Shown here piece after piece: positions 1 to 7,964 of a stretch of DNA of 61,906 bases; position 1 is the first letter of the stretch; every line of letters starts with the position of its first letter. A program made the position numbers and the translations under genes. Where the stretch lies: IMG/VR virus record IMGVR_UViG_3300033994_001593, positions 1 to 61,906 of that record. One strand, given 5' to 3'. The notes under the pieces are model-generated. The model was not told where the DNA came from, ran no database searches, and saw only the letters and a list, made by a program, of their open reading frames with translations. The stretch comes from a virus (lineage: Duplodnaviria; Caudoviricetes).

Positions 1-186
1 CAGGAGCGGGCCATATAGACATACGGGGGTCTGGTGGGGGGTGACGGGGTGTGTGTGTTGTCGTAACTCGTTTGCCCGTCTGGGTTTCCGTCGTGTCTGT
101 TGGAACCAACAGACCAACAAGCACGGCAATCGCTAGGGTATGGGGTGCCGACCGCCACGGCGACAAGCGCGGCCGCCACCTTCGAG

Positions 187-235
187 TCAACTAAGTTGAG
201 AGAGTCAACTAAGTGGATCGGCTCAACTTATTTGA
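187..235. repeat. Three imperfect 13-bp palindromes at 18-bp period
   Basis: TCAACTAAGTTGA (187), TCAACTAAGTGGA (205), TCAACTTATTTGA (223). Confidence 0.85.
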
Positions 236-251
236 TTGCCACGGCCAGCGC

Positions 252-290
252 AAAAAGAAAGCCGCGGCGCCGTTGCCAGCGCCGCGGCTT
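252..290 (-). terminator. Rho-independent terminator
   Basis: 12-bp stem AAGCCGCGGCGC/GCGCCGCGGCTT followed on - strand by a T-rich tract, just downstream of ORF 308..1177. Confidence 0.8.
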
Positions 291-307
291 GCGAGTGTCA
301 CCCGCGC

Positions 308-1177
308 CTAGTGTGCAGGGTAGACAACGTCGATATGAGCCAGGGCGCACGCCGTGCAGGAGCCACACTTCGCCCGCTGGCGCCACGCTTCAACGTCCGC
401 GGCCGACCGCCCCGCTTTCCCGGCTTTCGTGCGGGAGATGAAAGACACGCGAACCGCGGGGCATACGATCGTCTTTCGCCCGGTACGCTTCGCCCACGCG
501 GCCGCTGCCGCTGCCGCCGCTTCAAGAATGCGGCGGCGCTTGTGCGCCCCCTTCCCGACACGCTCGCCAGCGGTGAAAGAACACGCCCCCGCGGGGATAG
601 GATGCGCGGCGATGGTGTCGGGATTCATGTCGGGCGTCTGGATCGATTCGCGAACGACTACAAGCCCGTTCAACTGCTCACGATAGAAAGCCGCTTTCTC
701 TGCGCTCTCTACCGGAAGGTGGCAGGGAGTTCCGGCATTCTTCAAGAAAGAAAGCAGAGCGCGAACGCGCGGAATGAAAAGACGATCGGCCAGCGCGGCC
801 GCCGGTTTGGGCAGCGCGCCGTTGGTGGAGAATCGAAACCACGGGCGCGGCGGTCGGCCGTGCATTTTCTCGCGCTCTAGTTCGTGCAGCGCTTTCGCGA
901 CGATGGCAGAAGCGGGCGCGGCTTCGTGCCGATCTAGTTTGTCTTTCAACTGCACGCGATCATGTCGGTTTTCGACCACGATCGCATAGCAGATACCATC
1001 GCGATCGGCACCGGCCGGGAAGTGTGCAGGATGGTGTCGGCAGCCTAGGTCACAGTTCGCGCCGCCGCTGCGCCCCATGTTCAAGCTGGCGGCGCCGGGA
1101 ACTCCCTTGGAAAAACTCCCAAGTACTGGCGCCCCGAACTGCTCGAGCGGCTGGAATGTTTCGGTCTGCATTGTCAT
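308..1177 (-). CDS. Cys-rich metal/Fe-S-binding protein, gp88-like
   Basis: ATG 1177 with GGGAGAG immediately upstream; CxxxC...CYA near N-terminus, CPA...CGSCTAC near C-terminus; followed by terminator. Confidence 0.6.
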   Translation of the reverse strand: MTMQTETFQPLEQFGAPVLGSFSKGVPGAASLNMGRSGGANCDLGCRHHPAHFPAGADRDGICYAIVVENRHDRVQLKDKLDRHEAAPASAIVAKALHELEREKMHGRPPRPWFRFSTNGALPKPAAALADRLFIPRVRALLSFLKNAGTPCHLPVESAEKAAFYREQLNGLVVVRESIQTPDMNPDTIAAHPIPAGACSFTAGERVGKGAHKRRRILEAAAAAAAAWAKRTGRKTIVCPAVRVSFISRTKAGKAGRSAADVEAWRQRAKCGSCTACALAHIDVVYPAH

Positions 1178-1329
1178 CTCTCCCGATAGGTATGTCGGCC
1201 GGTCACAGTTGCCGATCGACAACAGAAGTATATTCGATATCGGCCAACGCAACAGCCGTACACAAGGGAAAACACACTCGCACCAGGCCACCGCCAGGGC
1301 GCCGTCTCGCGCACGACGAGCCGTCATGG

Positions 1330-1380
1330 TCGGAGTCGGGGTCGGGGTCGTGATGGAGTCGTGGTCGTGATGGAGTCGGG
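1330..1380. repeat. Short tandem repeats
   Basis: GGTCGTGATGGAGTCG at 1346-1361 and 1363-1378, preceded by GTCGGR hexamers; intergenic. Confidence 0.7.
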
Positions 1381-1391
1381 CCGCGACACAC

Positions 1392-1595
1392 TCACGCGCG
1401 CTGCACAACCTGGGCGGCGATGTCGCCGGCGGTGTTGGTGATCGTGTCGCCCGACATGAAGCGAGCGATGGCGATTGCCGCGGCAGCGCTGCTCGCCTGC
1501 TCCCCTTGCGCAACCGCAAGCGCAGCCGCCGGATACTCCCGCTCCAAGTACCAGCCAACGGCCTTGGTGAATTCAGCGTAGGTCTGCGGTTTCAC
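1392..1595 (-). CDS. Hypothetical protein
   Basis: GTG 1595 with GGAGAA RBS; 67 aa, Ala-rich. Confidence 0.55.
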   Translation of the reverse strand: MKPQTYAEFTKAVGWYLEREYPAAALAVAQGEQASSAAAAIAIARFMSGDTITNTAGDIAAQVVQRA

Positions 1596-1633
1596 GGGGG
1601 TTTCTCCGGTGTTTTGGAATAAGTGAACGGACG

Positions 1634-1662
1634 TTGATCGAATATTCGATAACGGGTATAAA
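1634..1662 (+). promoter_or_regulatory. sigma70-like early promoter with overlapping palindromic operator
   Basis: TTGATC-N17-TATAAA; perfect palindrome ATCGAATATTCGAT at 1637-1650; AT-rich divergent gap. Confidence 0.7.
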
Positions 1663-1704
1663 TGAGGGGGTTCCTTTGAGTCCATCCCAAACAGGAGACA
1701 TGAG

Positions 1705-2169
1705 ATGACGTTTGAAGAGTGGAAGAGCGGCCGGACGAGCGATGTGAATCACGACGCGATCTTTGAGATTGGCGAGGCGCACCTTTGCGGTGACTTCGCC
1801 GCCGCCGAAGCGGTCGAAGTGTTCATCTACGATGACGCTGCCGTGTTCAAGTTGAGGGACGGCACCTACTACAACACCGCGGACGATGGACTCTCTCTCA
1901 CGCTGGAGGCTGCGGAGTGCGCGGCGTTCGCGGGGCTGGAGCGCGAGCGGGCGCGGAGGAGTCAGCCCAAGGCAAAGACCACCGACGCCTACACGGTCGG
2001 CAAGTACACGACCGAAGGGGGCGGCGTGACCGTGACGCTGCGGTTCAACGGCCACGGGGGCGTGTTGCTTCGCCACTTCTCAGGCAACCAGGGCGCAACC
2101 AAGGCAGAAGCGTATGCCGCCACGCTCCAGAGGGTGGCCGATGTTCTGAACGGCGCCAGCGAAGAGTGA
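1705..2169 (+). CDS. Hypothetical early protein (paralogue of 3164..3643)
   Basis: AGGAG RBS; shares MTFEEW...LxDGTY...TLE with 3164..3643. Confidence 0.8.
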   Translation: MTFEEWKSGRTSDVNHDAIFEIGEAHLCGDFAAAEAVEVFIYDDAAVFKLRDGTYYNTADDGLSLTLEAAECAAFAGLERERARRSQPKAKTTDAYTVGKYTTEGGGVTVTLRFNGHGGVLLRHFSGNQGATKAEAYAATLQRVADVLNGASEE

Positions 2170-2240
2170 GATTGAGCGACCGCGGAATGGCCGCGGTCAG
2201 GATCGATACTACTAGACCTACCCAAAGGGAGAAGAAAGCA

Positions 2241-2885
2241 ATGACCACTGCAACGACAAGCGGCTGGAAGGTTCAAGAGGGATTCGGCCCGCTCACCGAT
2301 GACATCACGAAGTGCTGGGGGATGCGAAGCACAAAGCGCACGTTCACCTGCATGATCGAAGCCGAAGCGTACAGCGAGCAACTGTACGAGCGCCGCGTTC
2401 GACAGGTGATGAAGAGCGACCCCGACGATTGGCAATCCTACTGGACGCGCGTCATCCAGGTCGGGACGCCTACGCCCGAAGCGGTGATCTATTACGCGGT
2501 TTACGAGTCCGACAATGCGAAGGGATACGATGCGGATTACGAACCCTGCGAGTCGAAGGAGGAGGCCATTCGCGAGGCAACCGGCTACCTGAGTTTCGCG
2601 AGCGGCCGGAACGATGTCGTGTATGTGGTCGCCGTACCGGAGTCGATGTGCGTGACCGACAACGAGGAGTGGTCGCTCTGGGATTGCTTGGGTGAGATCG
2701 AAGCCGACCCCGCTTCGGAGTTCATCTACCTCCACCGCGGCCGCGAGCGACTGTCCGATATCCAAGACACCGACATCGTGGCCGACTTGCGGAGCCTGGC
2801 CGACGATGAAGATGACACGCTGGGGCTGCTGCTCAAGCGGGCGGCCGACGAGATTGAGCGGCTGCGTGGCACCACCAAGAAGTGA
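2241..2885 (+). CDS. Hypothetical acidic early protein
   Basis: ATG 2241 after AAAGGGAGA; ends ...AADEIERLR. Confidence 0.8.
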   Translation: MTTATTSGWKVQEGFGPLTDDITKCWGMRSTKRTFTCMIEAEAYSEQLYERRVRQVMKSDPDDWQSYWTRVIQVGTPTPEAVIYYAVYESDNAKGYDADYEPCESKEEAIREATGYLSFASGRNDVVYVVAVPESMCVTDNEEWSLWDCLGEIEADPASEFIYLHRGRERLSDIQDTDIVADLRSLADDEDDTLGLLLKRAADEIERLRGTTKK

Positions 2886-2904
2886 TGCTGGTGTGATCGA
2901 TAGA

Positions 2905-2926
2905 ACCAACCCGAAGGGAGACTGAC
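2905..2926 (+). repeat. 22-bp start-associated direct repeat, copy 1
   Basis: ACCAACCCGAAGGGAGACTGAC, identical to 3141-3162. Confidence 0.95.
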
Positions 2927-2927
2927 C

Positions 2928-3137
2928 GTGACTGAAAAGAAATTCCTGGTGCGCTGGGCCAATGGCGAGGCCACCACCCTAACCCTTACCCATATCCAAG
3001 AGCGATGGGATATGGACTACACCAACGACGAGGATGACGAATACGAAGAGACTCTGGGCGAGTGGCTCGACGCCGCCGATGTCGGTGACGAGTTCGTCCA
3101 CCAAGATGACCGTGAAGTTTTTATCCGAACTGAGTAG
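2928..3137 (+). CDS. Small very acidic protein
   Basis: GTG after GAAGGGAGA; D/E-rich 69 aa. Confidence 0.8.
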   Translation: MTEKKFLVRWANGEATTLTLTHIQERWDMDYTNDEDDEYEETLGEWLDAADVGDEFVHQDDREVFIRTE

Positions 3138-3140
3138 ACC

Positions 3141-3162
3141 ACCAACCCGAAGGGAGACTGAC
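3141..3162 (+). repeat. 22-bp start-associated direct repeat, copy 2
   Basis: Identical to 2905-2926. Confidence 0.95.
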
Positions 3163-3163
3163 G

Positions 3164-3643
3164 ATGACGTTTGAAGAATGGCAGAAGACGGCCCAGCGTA
3201 TTGTGAATGACTTTGATTTGAGCAATGCGTCTGAGGGTTTTGGATTGAGCAACGTGGTCGCCGTCGTGCGACACCAGCCCGGTGACATCGCGGAGCTGGC
3301 AGACGGCACCTACTTCACGGTGTTCGACCGCGACGAGGCGAGCGGCACCCTAGAGGAAGTGCAGCGCGCCCTATGGGCGGGGTGGGCTGAGTGGGAGACG
3401 CGAGTCCTGCTGGCGCCGCCGCCCATGCACGCGCGGGAGATGTATGCTCGCCTCGCGATGGCGCTGCAACGGATCGATGCCATCACCGATGGCAGCGAGT
3501 GGCTGGCACAGCGTCACATTCGCCGCGTGATGGATGCGATGGCCGACGAGTTCCTCGACCGGACGGGCGGCGACCTGGCGTTTCAGTCCAAGACCATCGA
3601 AATCCCTCGCGAGGTGTTCAACACGAAGGGGGAGGAGCGATGA
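3164..3643 (+). CDS. Hypothetical early protein (paralogue of 1705..2169)
   Basis: ATG after GAAGGGAGA; MTFEEW N-terminus. Confidence 0.8.
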   Translation: MTFEEWQKTAQRIVNDFDLSNASEGFGLSNVVAVVRHQPGDIAELADGTYFTVFDRDEASGTLEEVQRALWAGWAEWETRVLLAPPPMHAREMYARLAMALQRIDAITDGSEWLAQRHIRRVMDAMADEFLDRTGGDLAFQSKTIEIPREVFNTKGEER

Positions 3644-4008
3644 GGGCGACGATGGGCGTCAACATCAACGACGGCGAAGCCCCGTTCACCCAGATGATTC
3701 TGGACGGGGAGAAGACGGTGGAGACTCGCCGTTCGCGGTCGCTTGATAGCGTGGTCGGCAAGCGGGTGGGCCTGGTTCGCACGGGCTGCGGGCCGGCCAC
3801 GCTCGTCGGCTACGCCACGGTGGGCGAGCCGATCCGATACTCGAACACCGACGAGTTTCGCTCGGAGTACCACCGCCATCGTGTGCCGAAGGGCAGCAGC
3901 CACGACTGCGACGGCGCCGGGAAGTGGGGCTACCCGCTGCTCAACGTGGAGCGGGCCGAAGCGAGGGTCATTGAGAGTCGCGGCATCGTGCTGCGGCGGC
4001 TGCGGTAG
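3640..4008 (+). CDS. ASCH domain protein
   Basis: PF...ILDGEKTVETR matches the ASCH GxKxxExR motif; ATGA overlap with upstream gene. Confidence 0.85.
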   Translation: MRATMGVNINDGEAPFTQMILDGEKTVETRRSRSLDSVVGKRVGLVRTGCGPATLVGYATVGEPIRYSNTDEFRSEYHRHRVPKGSSHDCDGAGKWGYPLLNVERAEARVIESRGIVLRRLR

Positions 4009-4028
4009 TGTACGGTTGTTTGTGTGTC

Positions 4029-4037
4029 TGGTATACT
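4029..4037 (+). promoter_or_regulatory. Extended -10 promoter candidate
   Basis: TGgTATACT in intergenic gap, followed by TATCGATC. Confidence 0.5.
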
Positions 4038-4087
4038 CGTTATCGATCTAGCCAATCGGGCTGGGTCACAACCCCGAAGGGAGAAGG

Positions 4088-4411
4088 ATGATGAAGAAGA
4101 GGCTCGACAAGTTGACCGCGCAGCGGCAGAAGAGGCAGAAGGAAGTGTTGACGAAGGTGGGCCATCGCGTGGCTTGGCTGGCCGCCATGCGGCTGAAGGA
4201 GCGTGGGTGGGAGGATGATGAGATCGGTGACTTGCTGGCCGATGCCATCCATGCAGCAATGACGGCGATCGTGAAAGACCTTGGCACCAAAGGGGAGGTC
4301 GATCCGGCCACCGGCTGGTGGACTGAGGGCAGCGTTCGTCGGGCTGTCAATGTGCGCGAGTACGCCGGTCACTTGGCAGACGCCTACGACGGCGAGCGGC
4401 AGACGGCCTGA
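4088..4411 (+). CDS. Hypothetical protein
   Basis: ATG after GAAGGGAGA; GC-rich hairpin follows at ~4418-4442. Confidence 0.8.
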   Translation: MMKKRLDKLTAQRQKRQKEVLTKVGHRVAWLAAMRLKERGWEDDEIGDLLADAIHAAMTAIVKDLGTKGEVDPATGWWTEGSVRRAVNVREYAGHLADAYDGERQTA

Positions 4412-4492
4412 CGCGAACCCCCTGTCGCCCGCGGGCAGGGGGCTGCGACAGGCCGCCACGTTGGCGGCATTAACCACGAAGGGAGAAGGACG

Positions 4493-4768
4493 ATGACACC
4501 CGAAGACCTGTGCCAGCGATTCACTGGCGTTCATTACCGCGATTCAGCGTTTCGCCGCGCGGCCGACACGATGGATTGGAACAACCGCTGGCCGCTCATC
4601 GATCGCGATGGCTACCTGACAGGGGCCGTCACCGAGGGGGATGACTGCCTCAACGTCAACAACGAGGTGATGATCCTGCCGTGGGTGGCGAAGGCTGGAT
4701 GCTGGTCGATTGACTTTGAGGAAGGCACGGCCACCCCCACGCAGCCGGCAATTGCGGAGGGCGAGTGA
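4493..4768 (+). CDS. Hypothetical protein
   Basis: ATG after GAAGGGAGAAGG. Confidence 0.75.
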   Translation: MTPEDLCQRFTGVHYRDSAFRRAADTMDWNNRWPLIDRDGYLTGAVTEGDDCLNVNNEVMILPWVAKAGCWSIDFEEGTATPTQPAIAEGE

Positions 4769-4842
4769 TGACCGGACATGACTGGCTGATCGTGATGGTG
4801 ACGGGTTTGTTTTTCTTTTGGGCCGCAAGCCGCGGCGAGTGA
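4768..4842 (+). CDS. Putative 24-aa membrane peptide
   Basis: TGATG coupling, GGAGG upstream; MTGHDWLIVMVTGLFFFWAASRGE; fills the gap. Confidence 0.4.
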   Translation: MTGHDWLIVMVTGLFFFWAASRGE

Positions 4843-4866
4843 TCTTCAACACAGAAGGGATGCACG

Positions 4867-5121
4867 ATGAGAGCGAGTGACTCAATCAAGTTGGCGATGG
4901 TGAAGAAGGCGGCGAGCCGCCTGGTGGATGCGATCATGCAGGACGAGGGCGGCTTCAGCCTCGACACCCTGCACCGCATGACTGAGTTGGGCAAGGTCGC
5001 AAGCCTGCCCGATGACGAGTCGGTCGTGGCCGTGACCAAGTGGCACATGAAGTCCACGGGCGAGGAGCCGCGGTTCTGGGGCGGCGGCGTGGCTGAACAG
5101 ATCGGGATCAAGAGCGAGTGA
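4867..5121 (+). CDS. Hypothetical protein
   Basis: ATG after GAAGGGA. Confidence 0.75.
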   Translation: MRASDSIKLAMVKKAASRLVDAIMQDEGGFSLDTLHRMTELGKVASLPDDESVVAVTKWHMKSTGEEPRFWGGGVAEQIGIKSE

Positions 5122-5188
5122 TGCCAGGGTTCTCGCCCACCTGGGCGGGCTGGCAGGATCGATTGGTTTCTAGATGAAAGGGTTCGAC

Positions 5189-5440
5189 ATGAAGACGGTT
5201 GAGAAGACGGCGGCGAAGAAGCCGGAGCTGATTGAGACTGAGCGGAAGATGCTGGAGTTCATCGCCCAGACCATCGACCGCCACGGCTATCAACCCAGCA
5301 TGAGAGAGATCGCGAAGGAGTTGGGATACGCCAGCCCCGGCTACATCCCGAAGTTGGTCGAGTCGGTGGAGCGGAAGGGCTATGTGTCGGCACAGCGTGG
5401 CGCTCGAGCCATCGTCTTCAACTGGAGGGAGTTCGTATGA
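5189..5440 (+). CDS. LexA-like winged-HTH DNA-binding protein without peptidase domain
   Basis: E..MLEFI...HGYQPSMREIAKELG...ERKGY resembles LexA N-terminal domain; start could be 5174. Confidence 0.85.
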   Translation: MKTVEKTAAKKPELIETERKMLEFIAQTIDRHGYQPSMREIAKELGYASPGYIPKLVESVERKGYVSAQRGARAIVFNWREFV

Positions 5441-5856
5441 TCCACGTTGCAGCACACAAGGACGGAGACGTTGAGGCGATTGTGCATCGACTCCATTTCC
5501 CCGGAAAGAACACCGGCTGGCTGGGGGTTGGTGAACACGACAACGTCTGGCTGGTCATCCGCGGATGGGGGTACTGGATCACGCATCTGCCGCGGCTAGC
5601 CGACGATCTCACTGATGGGCAGCGAAGAGCATCGCTCATTCGTGAGGTGCAGCAGATTGCCGATGGTGTGATGGCTACCGAAGGCTCAATGGATGAAGCG
5701 TTTCGTCATGCAGCCGATGGGCTGCGCGATGGAAGGGCGGGGTACAAGATCTTTTACATCGGCGGCCAGCCTGCCGGCGTGGACTTGGACTTGGCTAGAG
5801 AGGCGGCGAAGAACTGCGTGAGGAGACACCTGAGAACGGAGGGAGAAGAGCGATGA
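5437..5856 (+). CDS. Hypothetical protein
   Basis: ATGA overlaps on both sides, GGAGG RBS. Confidence 0.75.
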   Translation: MIHVAAHKDGDVEAIVHRLHFPGKNTGWLGVGEHDNVWLVIRGWGYWITHLPRLADDLTDGQRRASLIREVQQIADGVMATEGSMDEAFRHAADGLRDGRAGYKIFYIGGQPAGVDLDLAREAAKNCVRRHLRTEGEER

Positions 5857-6626
5857 GCATCTGCTACGGATACGGCCGGCATTCCACGAAGAAGCAGAGC
5901 ATGACCCGTGAGGTGCAGGAGTCGAGGACTCACGACCACTGGCAGCGCGTGCTGCGGCCAGAGGGCGTGGCGTGGGGCGGGTTCATGTACGATCCCGCCA
6001 CCTCTGCGGGGAAGCCGTTCTCCGAGCGGGAGGCGGGCCGGCAGTTGTTCTTGATGGCACGGCCTGGTGATCACATCGTGGTGACCAAGTTGGATCGACT
6101 GTTCCGCAAGTTGCTCGACGGTGTCAGCACCATCGAACAACTGGAGAAGCGAGGCGTGAACGTCCACGCCCTCGACTATCCCATCGCAGCGAACGATGCT
6201 ATCGGCAGGCTGATCCGCAACCTGTTGATCAGCATGGCTGAACTGGAACGCGAGTTGGCGAAAGAGCGCACTGAAGCGGTGTACCAACACCGCTTGGAGC
6301 GTGGCCTGCCAGCGAGCAAGGGGTGTGCGGTCGGGTGGAAGGTGATGTCGCGGTCAGACGAGGGCGGCAAGGCTCATCGATACTACCGCGTGGACGAGGA
6401 CGAGAGAGCGATGGTCGAGAAGATGATTGAACTGCGGGATGCCGGTGAGTCCTACGATGACATCGCCCTCTGGACGATGCGTCAGCGTGGGGCGAAGCGG
6501 ACATTCCCGACAGGGATCATGGCGAAGTGGGCGATTGAGGCGGGCCTCGCCGGCTGGCCGAAGATCGGTGGGTATCGTTCGTTCTTTAGACTCCAGCAGA
6601 CCGGCGAGCTGCTGGCCTATTGCTAA
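5853..6626 (+). CDS. Serine recombinase (resolvase/invertase family)
   Basis: YGRHST catalytic motif, GDHIVVTKLDRLFR, AELERE...ER helix E. Confidence 0.92.
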   Translation: MSICYGYGRHSTKKQSMTREVQESRTHDHWQRVLRPEGVAWGGFMYDPATSAGKPFSEREAGRQLFLMARPGDHIVVTKLDRLFRKLLDGVSTIEQLEKRGVNVHALDYPIAANDAIGRLIRNLLISMAELERELAKERTEAVYQHRLERGLPASKGCAVGWKVMSRSDEGGKAHRYYRVDEDERAMVEKMIELRDAGESYDDIALWTMRQRGAKRTFPTGIMAKWAIEAGLAGWPKIGGYRSFFRLQQTGELLAYC

Positions 6627-6638
6627 GAAGGGGGATAA

Positions 6639-6980
6639 GTGATGGCACGAAGGAAGAAGTACAAGCTCGACACCTGGGCGCCAGCGTTCGGGTGCTGGAA
6701 CGAAACGGAGAGCGAGGCGCCGCCGGCGGCGTCCACGTTCCTCGCAATGTGGACTGACAAGGGCAAGTTCGGAACCCTTGGTGATTGCTGCTGCTACTAC
6801 TACGATGCCGATGGCAAGAAGGTGGATCCCGACGAGAAGCCCCACGCCACCATCCGCTACTGGCAGTTGCGTGGGGATAGGTTCGTGGAGGTGCCGACTC
6901 CCGACCTCTGGTGCGAGGCGCGGTTCGTCATCCCCATTGGCAAGGCATGGGCGAAAGCCCACGGCCTCGACCACGCCTAG
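6639..6980 (+). CDS. Hypothetical protein
   Basis: Start after GAAGGGGGA; last + strand early gene. Confidence 0.7.
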   Translation: MMARRKKYKLDTWAPAFGCWNETESEAPPAASTFLAMWTDKGKFGTLGDCCCYYYDADGKKVDPDEKPHATIRYWQLRGDRFVEVPTPDLWCEARFVIPIGKAWAKAHGLDHA

Positions 6981-7498
6981 GGTAGATCACTCTCTGCCTG
7001 CCGCAGGGCAGCGACGGCCCGACGCACCCGTTTACTGATGGTGCGTGGATCGCAACGCTGCTCGAGGGCGAGCTGCTCGAGCGTCACTTGCTCGACTAGC
7101 CGATCCTCGAGCAGCGTTCGATCGTTTATGGAGAGCATCCGCAGCGCCTTGAGCGCCCGCATCTCCTGCCTGGTGCGGTGCAGTGCGGGCTGCGGGTCGA
7201 GGATGTTGGCGGTCGGGACATAGCGGCCGTCGATCCGCTGCTGCTTCAGCACCTCACGGTAGAGGGCATGGCGGATGGCGCTGCCGAAGTAGGTGGTGGG
7301 CAGCGACTTCTCTTTCTTATAGGTCAGAGCCGCAACGCACACGGCCTGCAAGGCCACGCTCTCCAGATCAATCCTGCGGGCAGACACCCGTAGGTCTGGG
7401 TTGCGACGAATGAACACGGCAATGGACGGCTGAACAAACCTCATGGCCTGCTCTGCTATCCGCTGCTGCCGCGCGTTGAGTTGCCGCTGCTTCTTCAT
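6977..7498 (-). CDS. Phage sigma70-family (ECF-like) sigma factor
   Basis: Region 2-like DLESVA...TTYF..AIR and region 4 HTH (TLEQLA...TISKRVRRA). Confidence 0.8.
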   Translation of the reverse strand: MKKQRQLNARQQRIAEQAMRFVQPSIAVFIRRNPDLRVSARRIDLESVALQAVCVAALTYKKEKSLPTTYFGSAIRHALYREVLKQQRIDGRYVPTANILDPQPALHRTRQEMRALKALRMLSINDRTLLEDRLVEQVTLEQLALEQRCDPRTISKRVRRAVAALRQAESDLP

Positions 7499-7779
7499 CT
7501 GGGGGAGGATTTCTCGAGGCTAATCAGCTCATCGAGTTTCCTCCCCAGATTCTCAATGGACTCGGTGTGCTTCTCTTGCCCATCCACAATGGCATGGATG
7601 GCTTGGAAGTGAGCCGTCATCAGCGGCGCCACGATGTCAGTCCTCGCCCACCATAGGACTAATAGCAGGATCACCACCGGAAGACCGAAGCGTTCGGCTA
7701 CCCGGTAGAGGAACTCACTGGTGTGTGGCGTGTCGGCTACCTTGACGGTATCGACTGCGACTTCTGCGGCGGGGGGCAT
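7495..7779 (-). CDS. Single-pass membrane protein, holin-like candidate
   Basis: RFGLPVVILLLVLWW helix then coiled coil; start uncertain. Confidence 0.55.
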   Translation of the reverse strand: MPPAAEVAVDTVKVADTPHTSEFLYRVAERFGLPVVILLLVLWWARTDIVAPLMTAHFQAIHAIVDGQEKHTESIENLGRKLDELISLEKSSPR

Positions 7780-7964
7780 CGGCCTGTCTCGCAACTGGGG
7801 AGGTGTGGCTGCTGGCGAATGATTACCTGACGAGCGTCCGGTGGAGTGGGGGCCGGCGGTGCGACAGGGCGAGCTGCTGCGGGGCGCTGGGATGTTGCGA
7901 TCCCGCACTGCACCGCCAGTTCGATCTGCCACAACGCAACCGCCACCATCACCAGGCGTCTCAT
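7737..7964 (-). CDS. Small secreted Pro-rich protein
   Basis: Signal-peptide-like N-terminus, C-terminal CETGRCP; ATGA overlap. Confidence 0.55.
   Translation of the reverse strand: MRRLVMVAVALWQIELAVQCGIATSQRPAAARPVAPPAPTPPDARQVIIRQQPHLPSCETGRCPPPQKSQSIPSR

Noticed and set aside
100-1370. + strand ORFs at the left end and the 1178-1558 extension of the 416-aa ORF
   Set aside because: Arg/Ala-rich shadow translations; RBS and promoter-like box favour a start at 1177
2905-3162. CRISPR mini-array
   Set aside because: Only two exact 22-bp copies separated by a whole gene; no cas genes
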